This document shows positions 47,884-57,723 of a stretch of 64,000 nucleotides of DNA, one piece after another (positions within the stretch are counted from its first letter, which is position 1; each line of letters opens with the position of its first letter). The stretch covers positions 5,555 to 69,554 of the forward strand of contig JAFTUH010000035.1 in the NCBI GenBank assembly GCA_017466375.1. Reading direction: 5' to 3'. Made by a program: the position numbers and the translations under genes. Source of the stretch: Clostridia bacterium. GTDB lineage: Bacteria > Bacillota > Clostridia > Oscillospirales > CAG-272. The notes beneath the pieces are model-generated. The model saw only the letters and a list, made by a program, of their open reading frames with translations. It had not been told where the DNA came from and searched no databases.

Positions 47884-47966
47884 AAAAAAATACCGCCTTT
47901 CATGAGTAGGTATCGCGTCTGTGCGCGGGAAATATAAAGAAATGGATAAAAAGTGCCTGATAGAAT

Positions 47967-47997
47967 CATTACCGCTGTTTTTTGGACAGCGGTAATG
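47967..47997 (-). terminator. Hairpin between tig and clpP (terminator or attenuator candidate)
   Basis: A 12-bp stem cattaccgctgt/acagcggtaatg. The trailing sequence is U-poor on the minus strand. Confidence 0.4.
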
Positions 47998-48009
47998 AAA
48001 TATGTCAAA

Positions 48010-49308
48010 TTATTCAGCCTTGGGGGCAATGTCGGTGATGACAGCCTTTTCCTTAACGAAATCGGATGCCTTCTTGACGAGGAGATCCGCCTTGAGAGCG
48101 TCGGTTTCGATCATGCCCTTGACGCGGTCAATCTCCATATTGTATGCATCGGCGATGCGCTTGTATTCTTCCTCGATCTCATCATCCGCAACGGCGAGAT
48201 TCTCGAGAGCAGCGATCTTCTCCAGCGCGAGGCGAACCTTGACCTGTTTCTCAGCCTGCGGGCGAAGCTGCTCGCGGAGCTTGTCGAGATCCAGACCGGT
48301 GTACTGGAAGTACAGGGAAAGATCCATGCCCTGCATGCGAAGACGGTTGTCGTAGTCACGGACGTAGTTTTCAGTCTCAGCGGCAAACATAGCCTCGGGA
48401 ATATCAGCCTCAAGCTTTTCGATCAGTGCGTTCAGGAGTGCGTCCTCAACAGCGTTGTCAGCTTCCTTCGTAGCCTTCTCGGTCAGTTTTGCCTTGATAT
48501 CAGCCTTGTATTCATCGAGCGTATCGAATTCGGAAACGTCGCGGACGAAATCGTCGTCAAGAGCAGGAAGCTCGTTGAACTTGATGCCGTTCAGCTTTAC
48601 CTTGAACACAGCTTCCTTGCCGGCGAGTGCCTCAGCATGGTACTCGGTCGGGAAGGTTACGTTTACGTCAAACTCGTCGCCGATATTGTGAGAAACGATC
48701 TGATCCTCAAAACCGGGGATGAACTGACCGGAGCCGAGCTTCAGCTCGTGACCCTCAGCCTTGCCGCCGTCAAAAGGAGTGTCGTCCACAAAGCCCTCGA
48801 AATCGATGTTGACGATATCGTCATTCTGTGCGGCACGGTCGGTGATTTCAACCATACGGGAGTTGCGGCTCTGTACCTTTGCGATCTCGTCATCGACGTC
48901 TTTGTCAGTGATTTCAACGACAGTACGCTCTGCAGCGATGCCGGCGTAGTCCTTGATAGAAACCTCAGGCTTAACGTAAACCTTTGCCTTGAAGACAACA
49001 CCGTTATCGTCGATGGTGTCAACGTCGAACTCAGGCTGGCTGACGATCTCAAGACCGGATTCCTTAGCGGCATCTGCATAGGCTGTGGGAAGAACCTCGT
49101 TGATAGCGTCTTCGTAGAAGACACCCTTGCCGTACATTTTCTCCACGATGGACTTCGGTGCTTTGCCTTTGCGGAAGCCGGGGATGGTGATTTTCTTCAC
49201 CATACGCTTGTACACGCGGTCGATGGCAGCGTCAAAGGTTGCCTTGTCCACGTCAAACGTGAGCTCGTACAGATTTTTATCGGTAAGCTCGGATTTTTTC
49301 AAACTCAT
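48010..49308 (-). CDS. tig: Trigger factor
   Basis: Track ORF 48010..49323. I prefer the ATG at 49308 with a GGAGG RBS. Motif PGFRKGKAPKSIVEKMYG. Confidence 0.92.
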   Translation of the reverse strand: MSLKKSELTDKNLYELTFDVDKATFDAAIDRVYKRMVKKITIPGFRKGKAPKSIVEKMYGKGVFYEDAINEVLPTAYADAAKESGLEIVSQPEFDVDTIDDNGVVFKAKVYVKPEVSIKDYAGIAAERTVVEITDKDVDDEIAKVQSRNSRMVEITDRAAQNDDIVNIDFEGFVDDTPFDGGKAEGHELKLGSGQFIPGFEDQIVSHNIGDEFDVNVTFPTEYHAEALAGKEAVFKVKLNGIKFNELPALDDDFVRDVSEFDTLDEYKADIKAKLTEKATKEADNAVEDALLNALIEKLEADIPEAMFAAETENYVRDYDNRLRMQGMDLSLYFQYTGLDLDKLREQLRPQAEKQVKVRLALEKIAALENLAVADDEIEEEYKRIADAYNMEIDRVKGMIETDALKADLLVKKASDFVKEKAVITDIAPKAE

Positions 49309-49446
49309 TGGTTTTTCCTCCAAAATAATATCTCTAATATAATATTGTACTTTTTTTTTACGCTTCTGTCAATGATAAATCCTGAAAATCTTTTGGAATC
49401 TTGCAAAAAAAACTATACAAAATGATGAAAAACGTACAAAAAACGC

Positions 49447-50175
49447 TCAATAGTCATACGGCATCGTGATCATCGGGACAAAATCGAGAAAATCCGCAGA
49501 GATCAACGTCATGTTGATTCCCTCAAAAACGGTCGATCGCGGTACGTTGTAAACGCCGTGAATGTGTCCGAAATAGCAGTGCCGGACATCGTGTTTGTGG
49601 AGGACATCCACGAGTTCGCGGCAGACGAAATTGCGGAACACAGGAGGGAAGTGCAGATAGCAGAGGATCATTTTCTCACTATCTCCCCGAAGCGACGCTG
49701 CCTCCGTCAAACTGAGATCCAGCCTCGTTGCCTCGCGTGCGACGATTTTCTGATAATCGGCGTTTTCGGATGCATTCTGCAGACGTTCCTCCACGTACCA
49801 TCCGCGCGTGCCGCAGACGATGTAGTCCTCGCACGCAAATGCGTTGTTATAGAGAAAATCGATTGTCTTAAAGCCGCACGATTCGGTGAACTGGCGCATC
49901 TTCGACATCGTTGCCCACCAGTAGTCGTGGTTGCCCTTGCCAATCAGCTTTCGACCGGGCAGGGACTCAATGAAGGCAAGGTCTGTCCGTGCCTCCTCCA
50001 GCGTCATTGCCCAGGAGATGTCCCCCGGCACGATTACGGTGTCATCCTCGTTCACGACGGCACGCCAGCGCGCTTCGATTTTCTCCGTGTAGGACGTCCA
50101 GCGAGAGCCGAAGACGTCCATCGGCTTATCCGCCGCGAGGGAGAGATGCAGATCAGCTATGGAAAAAAGAGACAT
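49447..50175 (-). CDS. Metallophosphoesterase family protein
   Basis: Track ORF 49447..50493. I prefer the ATG at 50175 (MSLFSIADLHL...GDISW...GNHDYWW). Confidence 0.75.
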   Translation of the reverse strand: MSLFSIADLHLSLAADKPMDVFGSRWTSYTEKIEARWRAVVNEDDTVIVPGDISWAMTLEEARTDLAFIESLPGRKLIGKGNHDYWWATMSKMRQFTESCGFKTIDFLYNNAFACEDYIVCGTRGWYVEERLQNASENADYQKIVAREATRLDLSLTEAASLRGDSEKMILCYLHFPPVFRNFVCRELVDVLHKHDVRHCYFGHIHGVYNVPRSTVFEGINMTLISADFLDFVPMITMPYDY

Positions 50176-50271
50176 GGCGTCACCACCGCGTGGCGGAAAT
50201 CCTTTCTTAGTATGATAGAGGCAGAACCCGGAGAAACTGTATACGGCGCGTATGCGCTGTGGAGGGGAAAG

Positions 50272-50463
50272 ATGGATACCAGAAAACAGAATCCTGAAGG
50301 GAAGCGTTACAAGCATCTGAAAGGCGTCGTGTGCGACGTGAAGAACTGCGCCTATCACGACGGCGACGCGTATTGTGCCGCCTCGCGTATTGCAGTTGGT
50401 CCGAGTTTTGCAAAATCGTCCGGCGAAACTGTCTGTGCAACGTTCAAGCCGAAGACTCTTTGA
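50272..50463 (+). CDS. DUF1540-family small Cys-rich protein (63 aa)
   Basis: This is the in-frame 3' part of the spurious plus-strand ORF 49558..50463. The ATG at 50272 is preceded by GGAGG. The sequence MDTRKQNPEGKRYKHLKGVVCDVKNCAYHDGDAYCAASRIAVGPSFAKSSGETVCATFKPK matches the C.V..C.Y.....C.A..I.V......T.C.TF pattern. Confidence 0.7.
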   Translation: MDTRKQNPEGKRYKHLKGVVCDVKNCAYHDGDAYCAASRIAVGPSFAKSSGETVCATFKPKTL

Positions 50464-50520
50464 TGGAGATAAGTGCCGTCCACAGGGCGGCACCTATCAT
50501 ATTCGGTAAGACTGTACGGA

Positions 50521-52002
50521 TTATTCAAATACCACGGTCGCCATCTCGGCAGGATTTACTACCTTCGTGAAGCGAACGGGGAGCGAAAGTGTGCGTACAA
50601 GCGGCATCGGCGGCTCAGCACCGCCCGCCTTTTTAAGTGTGCCGAGCAGTGTCTCAGGATCGTCAGTTGCTACAGTTGTGCCGAGAGCCTCGCAAACGTC
50701 GGCAGGGAACTTGAACGGGCTCGCCGTCGATGCGAGAATGATCGGTCTGCTGTCTCCGGTGTCCTTGCGGTATTTTTCAGCCGCACCGAGACCGACGGCG
50801 GTATGCGTGTCGCAGAGGTACTTGCGCTCAGCGAAGCTGCTGCCGATTACGGCGGCGGTTTCTTCCTCGGTGCAGTAGTAGCCGGCGAAGACCTTGCGCA
50901 GACGATCCATGAGATCGGCAGGGGCGGTGTACTTGCCCGTCTCAGCAAGCTGTGCCATGCAGTCAGCCGTCATAGACGCACCACCGAGCAAGAAGAGCAG
51001 TCTCTCCAGATTGGAGGAGATCAGAATATCCATGGACGGGGACATCGTTTTGTAGAACGGACGGGTACGGTCGTATACACCCGTGCGGATGAAGTCGGTA
51101 AGCACGCAGTTTGCGTTGGAAGCACAGATCAGCTTGCCCAGCGGCAGCCCCATCTCCCGTGCGATATAGGCGGCGAAAATGTTGCCGAAGTTACCGGTAG
51201 GTACGCAGATATTCGCCTCGTCGCCCATTTTGATCGTGCCGTTCTTTACGAGATCGCAGTAAGCGGATACATAGTACACGATCTGCGGTGCGAGACGTCC
51301 CCAGTTGATCGAGTTCGCACTGGAGAAGAAGAATCCGTTCTGTTCAGCCTTTTCCGCAAGAGCCGCATCTGCAAAGATTGCCTTAACACCGCTCTGCGCG
51401 TCGTCAAAGTTTCCGTATACGGCGCATACGTTGACGTTTGCACCTTCCTGCGTCGTCATCTGTCGCTTCTGCATCGTGCTGACGCCGTCAACGGGATAGA
51501 ATACAGTGATCTTCACGCCGGGAACGTCGCGGTAGCCCTCAAGCGCCGCCTTGCCCGTATCACCGGAGGTCGCCACGAGGATGTGTGCAAGTCTCGTCTC
51601 CCCCGTCATCGTGAGCGCACGGGAAAGGAGCCGCGGCATGATCTGCAGAGCCATATCCTTGAACGCACACGTCGGACCGTGCCAAAGCTCCAGCGAGTGA
51701 ATATTCTCACCGATATGCACGATCGGAGCCGCACCGCCGGGGAAACTCGTTTCGGAGTATGCCGTTTCGCAGTCAGCAAGGAGCGCATCGCGGTCATAAT
51801 CGGTCAGAAAACGTCCGAGAATATCTGCCGCGCGCTGTGCGTAGGGCATATCCATGATTGCTTTCAGATCCTCCACAGTAAGCGTCGGAATCTCCGTCGG
51901 CATAAACAGACCTTTGTCGGGTGCAAGACCGCGTTTGATCGCCTCCGCAGAGGAGACGGCGAGGGGCGATTTGCTTGTGTCACGTGTGCTGATGTACTTC
52001 AT
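50521..52002 (-). CDS. thrC: Threonine synthase
   Basis: Motifs MKYISTRD... and the PLP-lysine motif CAFKDMALQ. Confidence 0.9.
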   Translation of the reverse strand: MKYISTRDTSKSPLAVSSAEAIKRGLAPDKGLFMPTEIPTLTVEDLKAIMDMPYAQRAADILGRFLTDYDRDALLADCETAYSETSFPGGAAPIVHIGENIHSLELWHGPTCAFKDMALQIMPRLLSRALTMTGETRLAHILVATSGDTGKAALEGYRDVPGVKITVFYPVDGVSTMQKRQMTTQEGANVNVCAVYGNFDDAQSGVKAIFADAALAEKAEQNGFFFSSANSINWGRLAPQIVYYVSAYCDLVKNGTIKMGDEANICVPTGNFGNIFAAYIAREMGLPLGKLICASNANCVLTDFIRTGVYDRTRPFYKTMSPSMDILISSNLERLLFLLGGASMTADCMAQLAETGKYTAPADLMDRLRKVFAGYYCTEEETAAVIGSSFAERKYLCDTHTAVGLGAAEKYRKDTGDSRPIILASTASPFKFPADVCEALGTTVATDDPETLLGTLKKAGGAEPPMPLVRTLSLPVRFTKVVNPAEMATVVFE

Positions 52003-52036
52003 GTTCGTAGTCCTTTTCTATGTTTTCGTATTTCGT

Positions 52037-52960
52037 TTATATGTTTGCGGCAGTAAAGCCGTATGCATTCTCAAAAAATATCTTTTGCGTGATTTCCTCG
52101 GAAATACCGCTGTCAAGCATGGCACGGTACAGCGCAGGAAGATCGGACAGATCAGCGATTCCATCGGGCGGCGTATCGATGCCGTCAAAATCGCATCCGA
52201 GGCAAAGCGCGTCCTCTCCGCCGAGGTGGAGGTAGTGCTTTATATGCCGGATCACATCCGCGATTGTGCAGTCACCGTCGGTAAGATGCGGTCGGCACAA
52301 GCTGATACCAACGATGCCTCCTGATTCGACGATTGCCGAAAATTCTTCATCCGTCAGATTCCGTGAGTGCGGATGCACGGCGAATGCATTGGAATGCGTT
52401 GCAATTATAGGGCGTCGCGCCTGTTTTGCCATGGCGATCACCTCTGCCGTTACCTGACGGGATGCGTGGGATACGTCGGGCACGATACCGATTTCAAAGC
52501 AGGTTTCTACGACCGTGCGTCCGAAATCGGTCAGCGGCGCGTCCGTGTCATGGGAGCCGCCGATGCAGGTAGTACCGCCCCACATCAGTGTGAGAAAACG
52601 CACGCCGAGGCGATATAGATAATCCAGCCGTGCCAGATCGCTGTTCAGAATCCGCGCGTCCTCCACTGCGAGGATCACACCGCGTGCAGGCTTTTGTCGC
52701 AGGGAAGTGCCTTGCCTGATCAGGGGAATTTCGTTTGCCTTCAGTTCGTCCTTCAAACGTGACGCCGTTTTCAAAAACTGTCTGTACGCGTCCTCATTGG
52801 AAAGCGAGCGGTCGCTCCATACAGCCATCGTCTGAATATAAGAATCAAACGGCGCGGATTTGCCGAGCGAGACATGCAGTGTGTTGTCTTTCAGCGGCTG
52901 ATTCTGCAAATACAGCTCCAGCGCCGTATCGCAGTGCAGATCGAACAGATTCATACTCAC
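52037..52960 (-). CDS. Membrane dipeptidase (peptidase M19 family)
   Basis: Metal-ligand motif LFDLHCDT. The start is either the GTG at 52960 (GTGA overlap with the yraN stop) or the ATG at 52954. Confidence 0.8.
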   Translation of the reverse strand: MSMNLFDLHCDTALELYLQNQPLKDNTLHVSLGKSAPFDSYIQTMAVWSDRSLSNEDAYRQFLKTASRLKDELKANEIPLIRQGTSLRQKPARGVILAVEDARILNSDLARLDYLYRLGVRFLTLMWGGTTCIGGSHDTDAPLTDFGRTVVETCFEIGIVPDVSHASRQVTAEVIAMAKQARRPIIATHSNAFAVHPHSRNLTDEEFSAIVESGGIVGISLCRPHLTDGDCTIADVIRHIKHYLHLGGEDALCLGCDFDGIDTPPDGIADLSDLPALYRAMLDSGISEEITQKIFFENAYGFTAANI

Positions 52961-53358
52961 CTCATACCGTTGATTGCGTTTCGGAAATGCCGGATATCCA
53001 GAACGTGATAGACCGCGTCGATCGCCGGATCCAGATACACTTCCATTATATCGATATTCGGAATCAGATCGGCGTATTCATCCGGATGCGCACGGAGAAA
53101 CGCACGGACTCCATTGACCAGCGAATCGCGTTTTTTTGCATCCACGCTGTCGGCAGGGCGCCCGAATTTTGTTTTCGTATCCGGATACTGCCGCCTTGTT
53201 TTCACTTCAATAAACAGGAGATGTGTGTCGTCGCGTGCAAGGATGTCGATCTCATAGTGACCGACGTACACGTTTCGCCCGAGAACGGTGAATCCGTGAT
53301 CTTTCAGATACTGTACTGCCGATTCCTCCCCGGCTGAGCCAAGCGAGCGGGTGCTCAT
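52957..53358 (-). CDS. yraN: YraN-family (UPF0102) endonuclease-like protein
   Basis: [21 protein letters not shown]...[22 protein letters not shown]. Confidence 0.85.
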   Translation of the reverse strand: MSTRSLGSAGEESAVQYLKDHGFTVLGRNVYVGHYEIDILARDDTHLLFIEVKTRRQYPDTKTKFGRPADSVDAKKRDSLVNGVRAFLRAHPDEYADLIPNIDIMEVYLDPAIDAVYHVLDIRHFRNAINGMR

Positions 53359-54008
53359 TGGCTTTCCTCAGCGCGCTTTTTCGCGAGCGCTTCCTCCAGC
53401 TTCGCGCGATCCCTCGTCAGAAATGTCAGAAACGAACGGCGGTGAATCGGGCAGGGACCGTGCTCAAACACGGCGAGCTTGTGCGCAGGTGTCGGATATC
53501 CCTTGTGCTTCGCGAAACCGTACTGCGGATACAGGGATTCGTAATCGGCGCAGAGACGGTCACGAGTTACTTTTGCAATAATGGAAGCCGCGGCAATCGA
53601 GGGAGAGAGCGCGTCTCCGCCGATGATCGCCTTGGCAGGGAAGCGGAAGCCGCGGTCGATGTTGCCGTCCACAAGCACGAGCTCCGGTTCAATGCCGAGT
53701 CCGTCGATAGCGCGGCGCATGGCGAGCAGCGATGCTTCGAGAATGTTGATCTCGTCGATCTCTTCGGGGGAGCAGGAAGCGGCACACCACGCGATCGCGT
53801 TTTCGGTAATGATATCGTACAGTTTTTCGCGGCGGCGTTCCGTCAGTTTTTTGGAATCGTCCAGCCCCTCGGGCAAAAATCCGTCGGGCAGGATACATGC
53901 CGCAGCAACGACAGGACCGGCAAGCGGACCGCGTCCCGCCTCATCCGTGCCGCAGAGAACGCGGATGCCGGCATCCTTGAACTGTTTGTCAAAATCAAGT
54001 GTCAGCAT
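53355..54008 (-). CDS. rnhB: Ribonuclease HII
   Basis: Track ORF 53355..54176. I prefer the ATG at 54008 (MLTLDFDKQ...[18 protein letters not shown]). It overlaps the rbgA 3' end by 14 nt. Confidence 0.9.
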   Translation of the reverse strand: MLTLDFDKQFKDAGIRVLCGTDEAGRGPLAGPVVAAACILPDGFLPEGLDDSKKLTERRREKLYDIITENAIAWCAASCSPEEIDEINILEASLLAMRRAIDGLGIEPELVLVDGNIDRGFRFPAKAIIGGDALSPSIAAASIIAKVTRDRLCADYESLYPQYGFAKHKGYPTPAHKLAVFEHGPCPIHRRSFLTFLTRDRAKLEEALAKKRAEESQ

Positions 54009-54900
54009 CGGTGTCGGCTCCTTTGTCCGCGCTTTCTCCGGGGATTTCCAGGGAAATACGCCCGATTTTGCCGCCGCGGAATTCATCAAGCAGCATAGTT
54101 GCGGCGCGTTCGGTGTCGATCTCGCCGCCGCTGATGAGGTAGCCGCGCTTACGTCCGACGAGGGCGAGCAGCTCATGCCCCTTCAGATCGGACAGAGGTG
54201 CAGGATCACCGAGCTTGTATCTTGTGCAGAATGCAGTCGGCGCAACCTCAAGAAGTCTGAGGCAGAGAATCCCTGCCATCGTTTCAATATCGAGGATTGC
54301 GTCGCGAATCGCTCCCGTGAGCGCGAGGTTTTCGCCAGTTCTTGCATCCTCAAATTTCGGCCAAAGCACGCCGGGCGTGTCAAGCAGATCAATGCCCGCA
54401 TTCGTCGTCACCCACTGTTTGTTCAGCGTGACGCCGGGACGGTCCTCGACTTTCGCCTTCTTTGCGCCGCAGAGCTTGTTGACAAGAGACGATTTTCCGA
54501 CATTCGGCACACCGACGATCATCGCTTTGAGACGGCGTCCTGTCATGCCTTTTTCTTCGTACCGCTTCAGCTTTTCGCTCATCATACGGCGCACGGTCGG
54601 TGCGATTTTGTTCATCCCCTCGCCCGTGACAGAATCGATTGCGAGTGCCTCGGCACCCTCCTCACGGCACGCTTTGATCCACTTTTCCGTAGCGGCAGGA
54701 TCGGCGAGAGAAGTTTTCGTCAGAAGAACGAGACGCGGTTTGCCCGCCGTCAGCGTTTTGATCTCGGGATTACGCGAAGAATTCGGAATGCGTGCATCGC
54801 GCAGTTCAATTGTCAGATCGACAAGCTTCAGATTTTCCGCGATCAGACGGCGTGTTTTCGCCATGTGCCCCGGAAACCATTGAATTGTTTGAGATGGCAT
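53995..54900 (-). CDS. rbgA: Ribosome biogenesis GTPase A (YlqF)
   Basis: Motif [11 protein letters not shown] and a circularly permuted GTPase motif arrangement (NKxD-type motif before the G1 motif GVPNVGKSS). Confidence 0.9.
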   Translation of the reverse strand: MPSQTIQWFPGHMAKTRRLIAENLKLVDLTIELRDARIPNSSRNPEIKTLTAGKPRLVLLTKTSLADPAATEKWIKACREEGAEALAIDSVTGEGMNKIAPTVRRMMSEKLKRYEEKGMTGRRLKAMIVGVPNVGKSSLVNKLCGAKKAKVEDRPGVTLNKQWVTTNAGIDLLDTPGVLWPKFEDARTGENLALTGAIRDAILDIETMAGILCLRLLEVAPTAFCTRYKLGDPAPLSDLKGHELLALVGRKRGYLISGGEIDTERAATMLLDEFRGGKIGRISLEIPGESADKGADTDADT

Positions 54901-54921
54901 AGCCGCCCTCCTTGTAATTAA

Positions 54922-55536
54922 TCAGTCGAAAACGGTGAATCGGTCAAAGGGAAGTACGCGCATGACGGCTTTGCCGACAACGCAGCGCGTATCGATCATG
55001 CCGATATTCCTTGAACGGCTGTCAGCGGAGTGATTGCGGTTGTCGCCCATTACGAAGATGTATCCCTCGGGAATCGTGATCGGGAAATTCCAATCAGACG
55101 TGCGCAGGTCGTCATTTGTCAGCTTCATGTACGGCTCATCAAGAACCTTACCGTCTACTGTGACCGTCCACGTGCTGAAATCGATGTCCACCGTCTGCCC
55201 GCCCGTTGCGATCACGCGTTTGATGATCGGATCGTCATACAGGTACAAACCGACGTTGTGCACGACGACGATATCGCCGGGTGTCGGTGCATAAGCGAAA
55301 TCGCTGACGAGAAGATAATCGCGGTTGAGCAGGGTGTCTTCCATAGAAGGACCGTCAACAACGGTCGGACGGATAATGAATGTAAAAACAATCAGTATGA
55401 CAGAGGCGCAGAACACGAACAACTCCGCAATATCGAAGAGGTCGCGTGCCATGCGGTGCAAAAATCCGGGCTGTTCACCGGTGTTCCCGGTAATGCCTTC
55501 GTTTTCAGTCACGATATTGGTATCATTGGAAGCCAT
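54922..55536 (-). CDS. lepB: Signal peptidase I
   Basis: Motifs GPSMEDTL, IKRVIA and GDNRNHSADSR. Confidence 0.9.
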   Translation of the reverse strand: MASNDTNIVTENEGITGNTGEQPGFLHRMARDLFDIAELFVFCASVILIVFTFIIRPTVVDGPSMEDTLLNRDYLLVSDFAYAPTPGDIVVVHNVGLYLYDDPIIKRVIATGGQTVDIDFSTWTVTVDGKVLDEPYMKLTNDDLRTSDWNFPITIPEGYIFVMGDNRNHSADSRSRNIGMIDTRCVVGKAVMRVLPFDRFTVFD

Positions 55537-55553
55537 TTTGCGGCTCCTTTCGT

Positions 55554-56768
55554 TTATTTTTCGATCATCAGAGAGAGAAGCGTGCTGCCGTCAGCGATGT
55601 AGTTCTGCATTGCTTCTGCGTTTGCCTCAGTGAATACGGGCATGCCGTCTGCGGTCTTGCGGGAATCGTACAGGAAGAACGGCACAGCCTCATGGGAGTG
55701 CGTGCGGATCTCAATCGGAGTCGGATGATCGGGCAGAACGAGGATCTTGAAGTCCTCGCCGCACGTTTTCAGATACTCCAGCACCGGTGCAAGGATCAGC
55801 GTATCGATCTTCTCGATCGCCTTAACCTTGACATCCAGTTCACCGCGGTGTCCGCACTCGTCCGGTGCCTCAACGTGAACGTATACGAAATCACTGCCAT
55901 CCTTGAATGCGGCAATCGTGGCGTCAGCCTTGCCCGTGTAATTCGTGTGATAGTTGCCGGTCGCGCCGTCTACGTTCACGACGTTCATGCCGGCGCACAG
56001 ACCGATGCCCTTGATCAGATCGACCGCGGAGATGATCGTGCCGTTCAGCCCCCATTTCTCCTTGAAGGAGGGAAGCGCCGGCTTTTTACCGGGGCTCCAC
56101 AGCCACGGAGAGTTTGCAGGACGAAGTCCGCGGTGCCGTCTCTCCTCATTCACCGGATGGTGATTCAGCACATCGTATCCTGCTTTCATAAAGGCAAGAA
56201 ACTCTGCGCCGCCGTTCTCCGCCTTCGGGAGATGATCGCCGATCCGCTGACCGATGATGTCATGCGGACGGTCGAAGTTGTAGCGGTCATCTGCGCCGTC
56301 CCAGACGAGGCAGTGGCGGTAGCTGACACCTGTGTACAGCTTGCGTCCCGCCATCGGAAGTGCTTCGTTCAGCGCTTTTACAAGCTCGTCAGCCTCAGCG
56401 GTCGAGATTTCATCCGCACTGTGGTCGAGCATGTGGCGGTCCTCGTAGTTTGCTTCTTCCTCAGAGAGCGTGACAAGGTTGCAGCGGATGGCGGTGTCGT
56501 TATCACCGAGGGTCAGACCCATGCTGACAGCCTCCAGCGGCGAGCGTCCCTTGGAATAGATCGCGGGATCATAGGAGAGAATGGCAAGATTTGCCGTGTC
56601 GCTTTCGGGAACCATGTGGGCAGGTACGTTCATCGCCGTGCCGCCGATCGAGACTTTTGCAAGCGTATCCATATTCGGCTTGACAGCTGCCTCCATGGGC
56701 GTTTTGCCGCCGAGACCGGGGCAGGGGCGGTCAGCCATACCGTCGGGAATCAGAACAAAATACTTCAT
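55554..56768 (-). CDS. apgM: Cofactor-independent phosphoglycerate mutase, ApgM type
   Basis: MKYFVLIPDGMADRP...EAPDECGHRG, typical of the archaeal-type iPGM / alkaline-phosphatase superfamily. Confidence 0.8.
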   Translation of the reverse strand: MKYFVLIPDGMADRPCPGLGGKTPMEAAVKPNMDTLAKVSIGGTAMNVPAHMVPESDTANLAILSYDPAIYSKGRSPLEAVSMGLTLGDNDTAIRCNLVTLSEEEANYEDRHMLDHSADEISTAEADELVKALNEALPMAGRKLYTGVSYRHCLVWDGADDRYNFDRPHDIIGQRIGDHLPKAENGGAEFLAFMKAGYDVLNHHPVNEERRHRGLRPANSPWLWSPGKKPALPSFKEKWGLNGTIISAVDLIKGIGLCAGMNVVNVDGATGNYHTNYTGKADATIAAFKDGSDFVYVHVEAPDECGHRGELDVKVKAIEKIDTLILAPVLEYLKTCGEDFKILVLPDHPTPIEIRTHSHEAVPFFLYDSRKTADGMPVFTEANAEAMQNYIADGSTLLSLMIEK

Positions 56769-56956
56769 AAAATGTATACCTCCGCAGAGTGGAATATGTA
56801 GACGGATACCGTTTCAGCATCCGATTTGCATCAAAAATATACCAAACTATAGTATACCACAAATCGTGAATAAGTACAAGGTTTTTCCTAAAAAAAGTGC
56901 GTCGTTCGCAAGCAAAAAACTTTTAAGAAAATTTTTGAAAATCTTTTGAAAATCTA

Positions 56957-56985
56957 TTGAAATTTGTTTTGAAGTGTGATATAAT
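56957..56985 (+). promoter_or_regulatory. rpsT promoter with extended -10
   Basis: TTGAAA-N17-TATAAT, with TGa immediately upstream of the -10. Confidence 0.6.
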
Positions 56986-57068
56986 GTGTAACTGTATGAA
57001 AGGATGTCGGCATCCCCTCTCAGATGCCGTATCCGGGGATGTATATTTTATGTAGGGAGGTGAATGTT

Positions 57069-57332
57069 TTGCCGATTATCAAGAGTGCGAAGAAGAGAGT
57101 TAAGGTTATCGCTACCAAGACCCTTCAGAATAAGATGTTCAAGAGCCTGTACCGTACTACTGTGAAGAAGTTCCTCGCAGCAGTTGAGGCTGGCAATAAG
57201 GATGAGGCTACGCTCGCATACAAGGCTGCTGTCAAGAAGACTGACCAGGCTGTAAAGCACGGTATCATCCACAAGAATGCTGCTGCTCACAAGAAGAGCC
57301 AGTTCACGAAGCTGCTCAACAGCATGCAGTAA
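57069..57332 (+). CDS. rpsT: 30S ribosomal protein S20
   Basis: The track ORF starts at 57024. I prefer the in-frame TTG at 57069, which lies 8 nt after GGGAGG and gives (M)PIIKSAKKRVKV... Confidence 0.9.
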   Translation: MPIIKSAKKRVKVIATKTLQNKMFKSLYRTTVKKFLAAVEAGNKDEATLAYKAAVKKTDQAVKHGIIHKNAAAHKKSQFTKLLNSMQ

Positions 57333-57348
57333 TTTCCTGTATAAATAG

Positions 57349-57380
57349 AAAAGTCCGTCTGGCTGCGACGGACTTTTTTT
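57349..57380. terminator. Bidirectional terminator (rpsT / XRE gene)
   Basis: Stem aaagtccgtc/gacggacttt with T7 on the plus strand and TTTTCTATTT on the minus strand. Confidence 0.85.
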
Positions 57381-57591
57381 ATTTGTTTCGTTTTGGGTTT
57401 TCTGTAAGGCCGAGCAGAAAATCAACCGATACATCATAGTATTCTGCCAGTTTAATTAAAATATCGGTAGGAATATCGCGTTGGCCAAGCTCGTAATTGC
57501 TGTATACTTGCTGTGAGCAGTGGAGGTAGGTTGCAACTTGCTTTTGTGTTATATCGCGGTCTTCCCGCAATGCTCTAATATTCTCGAACAA
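57379..57591 (-). CDS. XRE-family HTH transcriptional regulator (70 aa)
   Basis: Track ORF 57379..57756. The long N-terminal extension would cross the divergent promoter, so I prefer the TTG at 57591, giving (M)FENIRALREDRDITQKQVATYLHCSQQVYSNYELGQRDIP. Confidence 0.75.
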   Translation of the reverse strand: MFENIRALREDRDITQKQVATYLHCSQQVYSNYELGQRDIPTDILIKLAEYYDVSVDFLLGLTENPKRNK

Positions 57592-57655
57592 TTTTAATAC
57601 CTTACAATCTGTCTTTATATATATAAATATATTATAAAAAATTTTAGCTTCTGTA

Positions 57656-57684
57656 TTGACAAATACCGCAAATTGCGGTATAAT
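57656..57684 (+). promoter_or_regulatory. Promoter of the TM2-domain gene
   Basis: TTGACA-N17-TATAAT, both hexamers at consensus. Confidence 0.7.
57664..57680. promoter_or_regulatory. Operator-like palindrome 1 (TACCGCAAATTGCGGTA)
   Basis: A perfect 8+1+8 dyad that fills the promoter spacer and the first bases of the -10. Confidence 0.65.
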
Positions 57685-57695
57685 GAAGAAAATAA

Positions 57696-57710
57696 ACCGC
57701 ATTTTGCGGT
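57696..57710. promoter_or_regulatory. Operator-like palindrome 2 (ACCGCATTTTGCGGT)
   Basis: A second copy of the ACCGCA-N3-TGCGGT dyad, 32 bp downstream of the first and just before the RBS of the TM2 gene. Confidence 0.65.
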
Positions 57711-57723
57711 ATGGAGGGTTCGT

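Noticed and set aside
50464-50520. The hairpin gtgccgtcc-aca-gggcggcac between the DUF1540 gene and thrC as a terminator.
   Set aside because: The stem has a mismatch and no T-run follows on either strand, so it is too weak to call.
57592-57660. A dedicated promoter for the XRE gene.
   Set aside because: A TATAAT is present on the minus strand (about 57631-57636), but the only TTGTCA-like -35 lies ~20 nt away. The geometry is poor, so it is left uncalled. Autoregulation through the shared dyads remains plausible.
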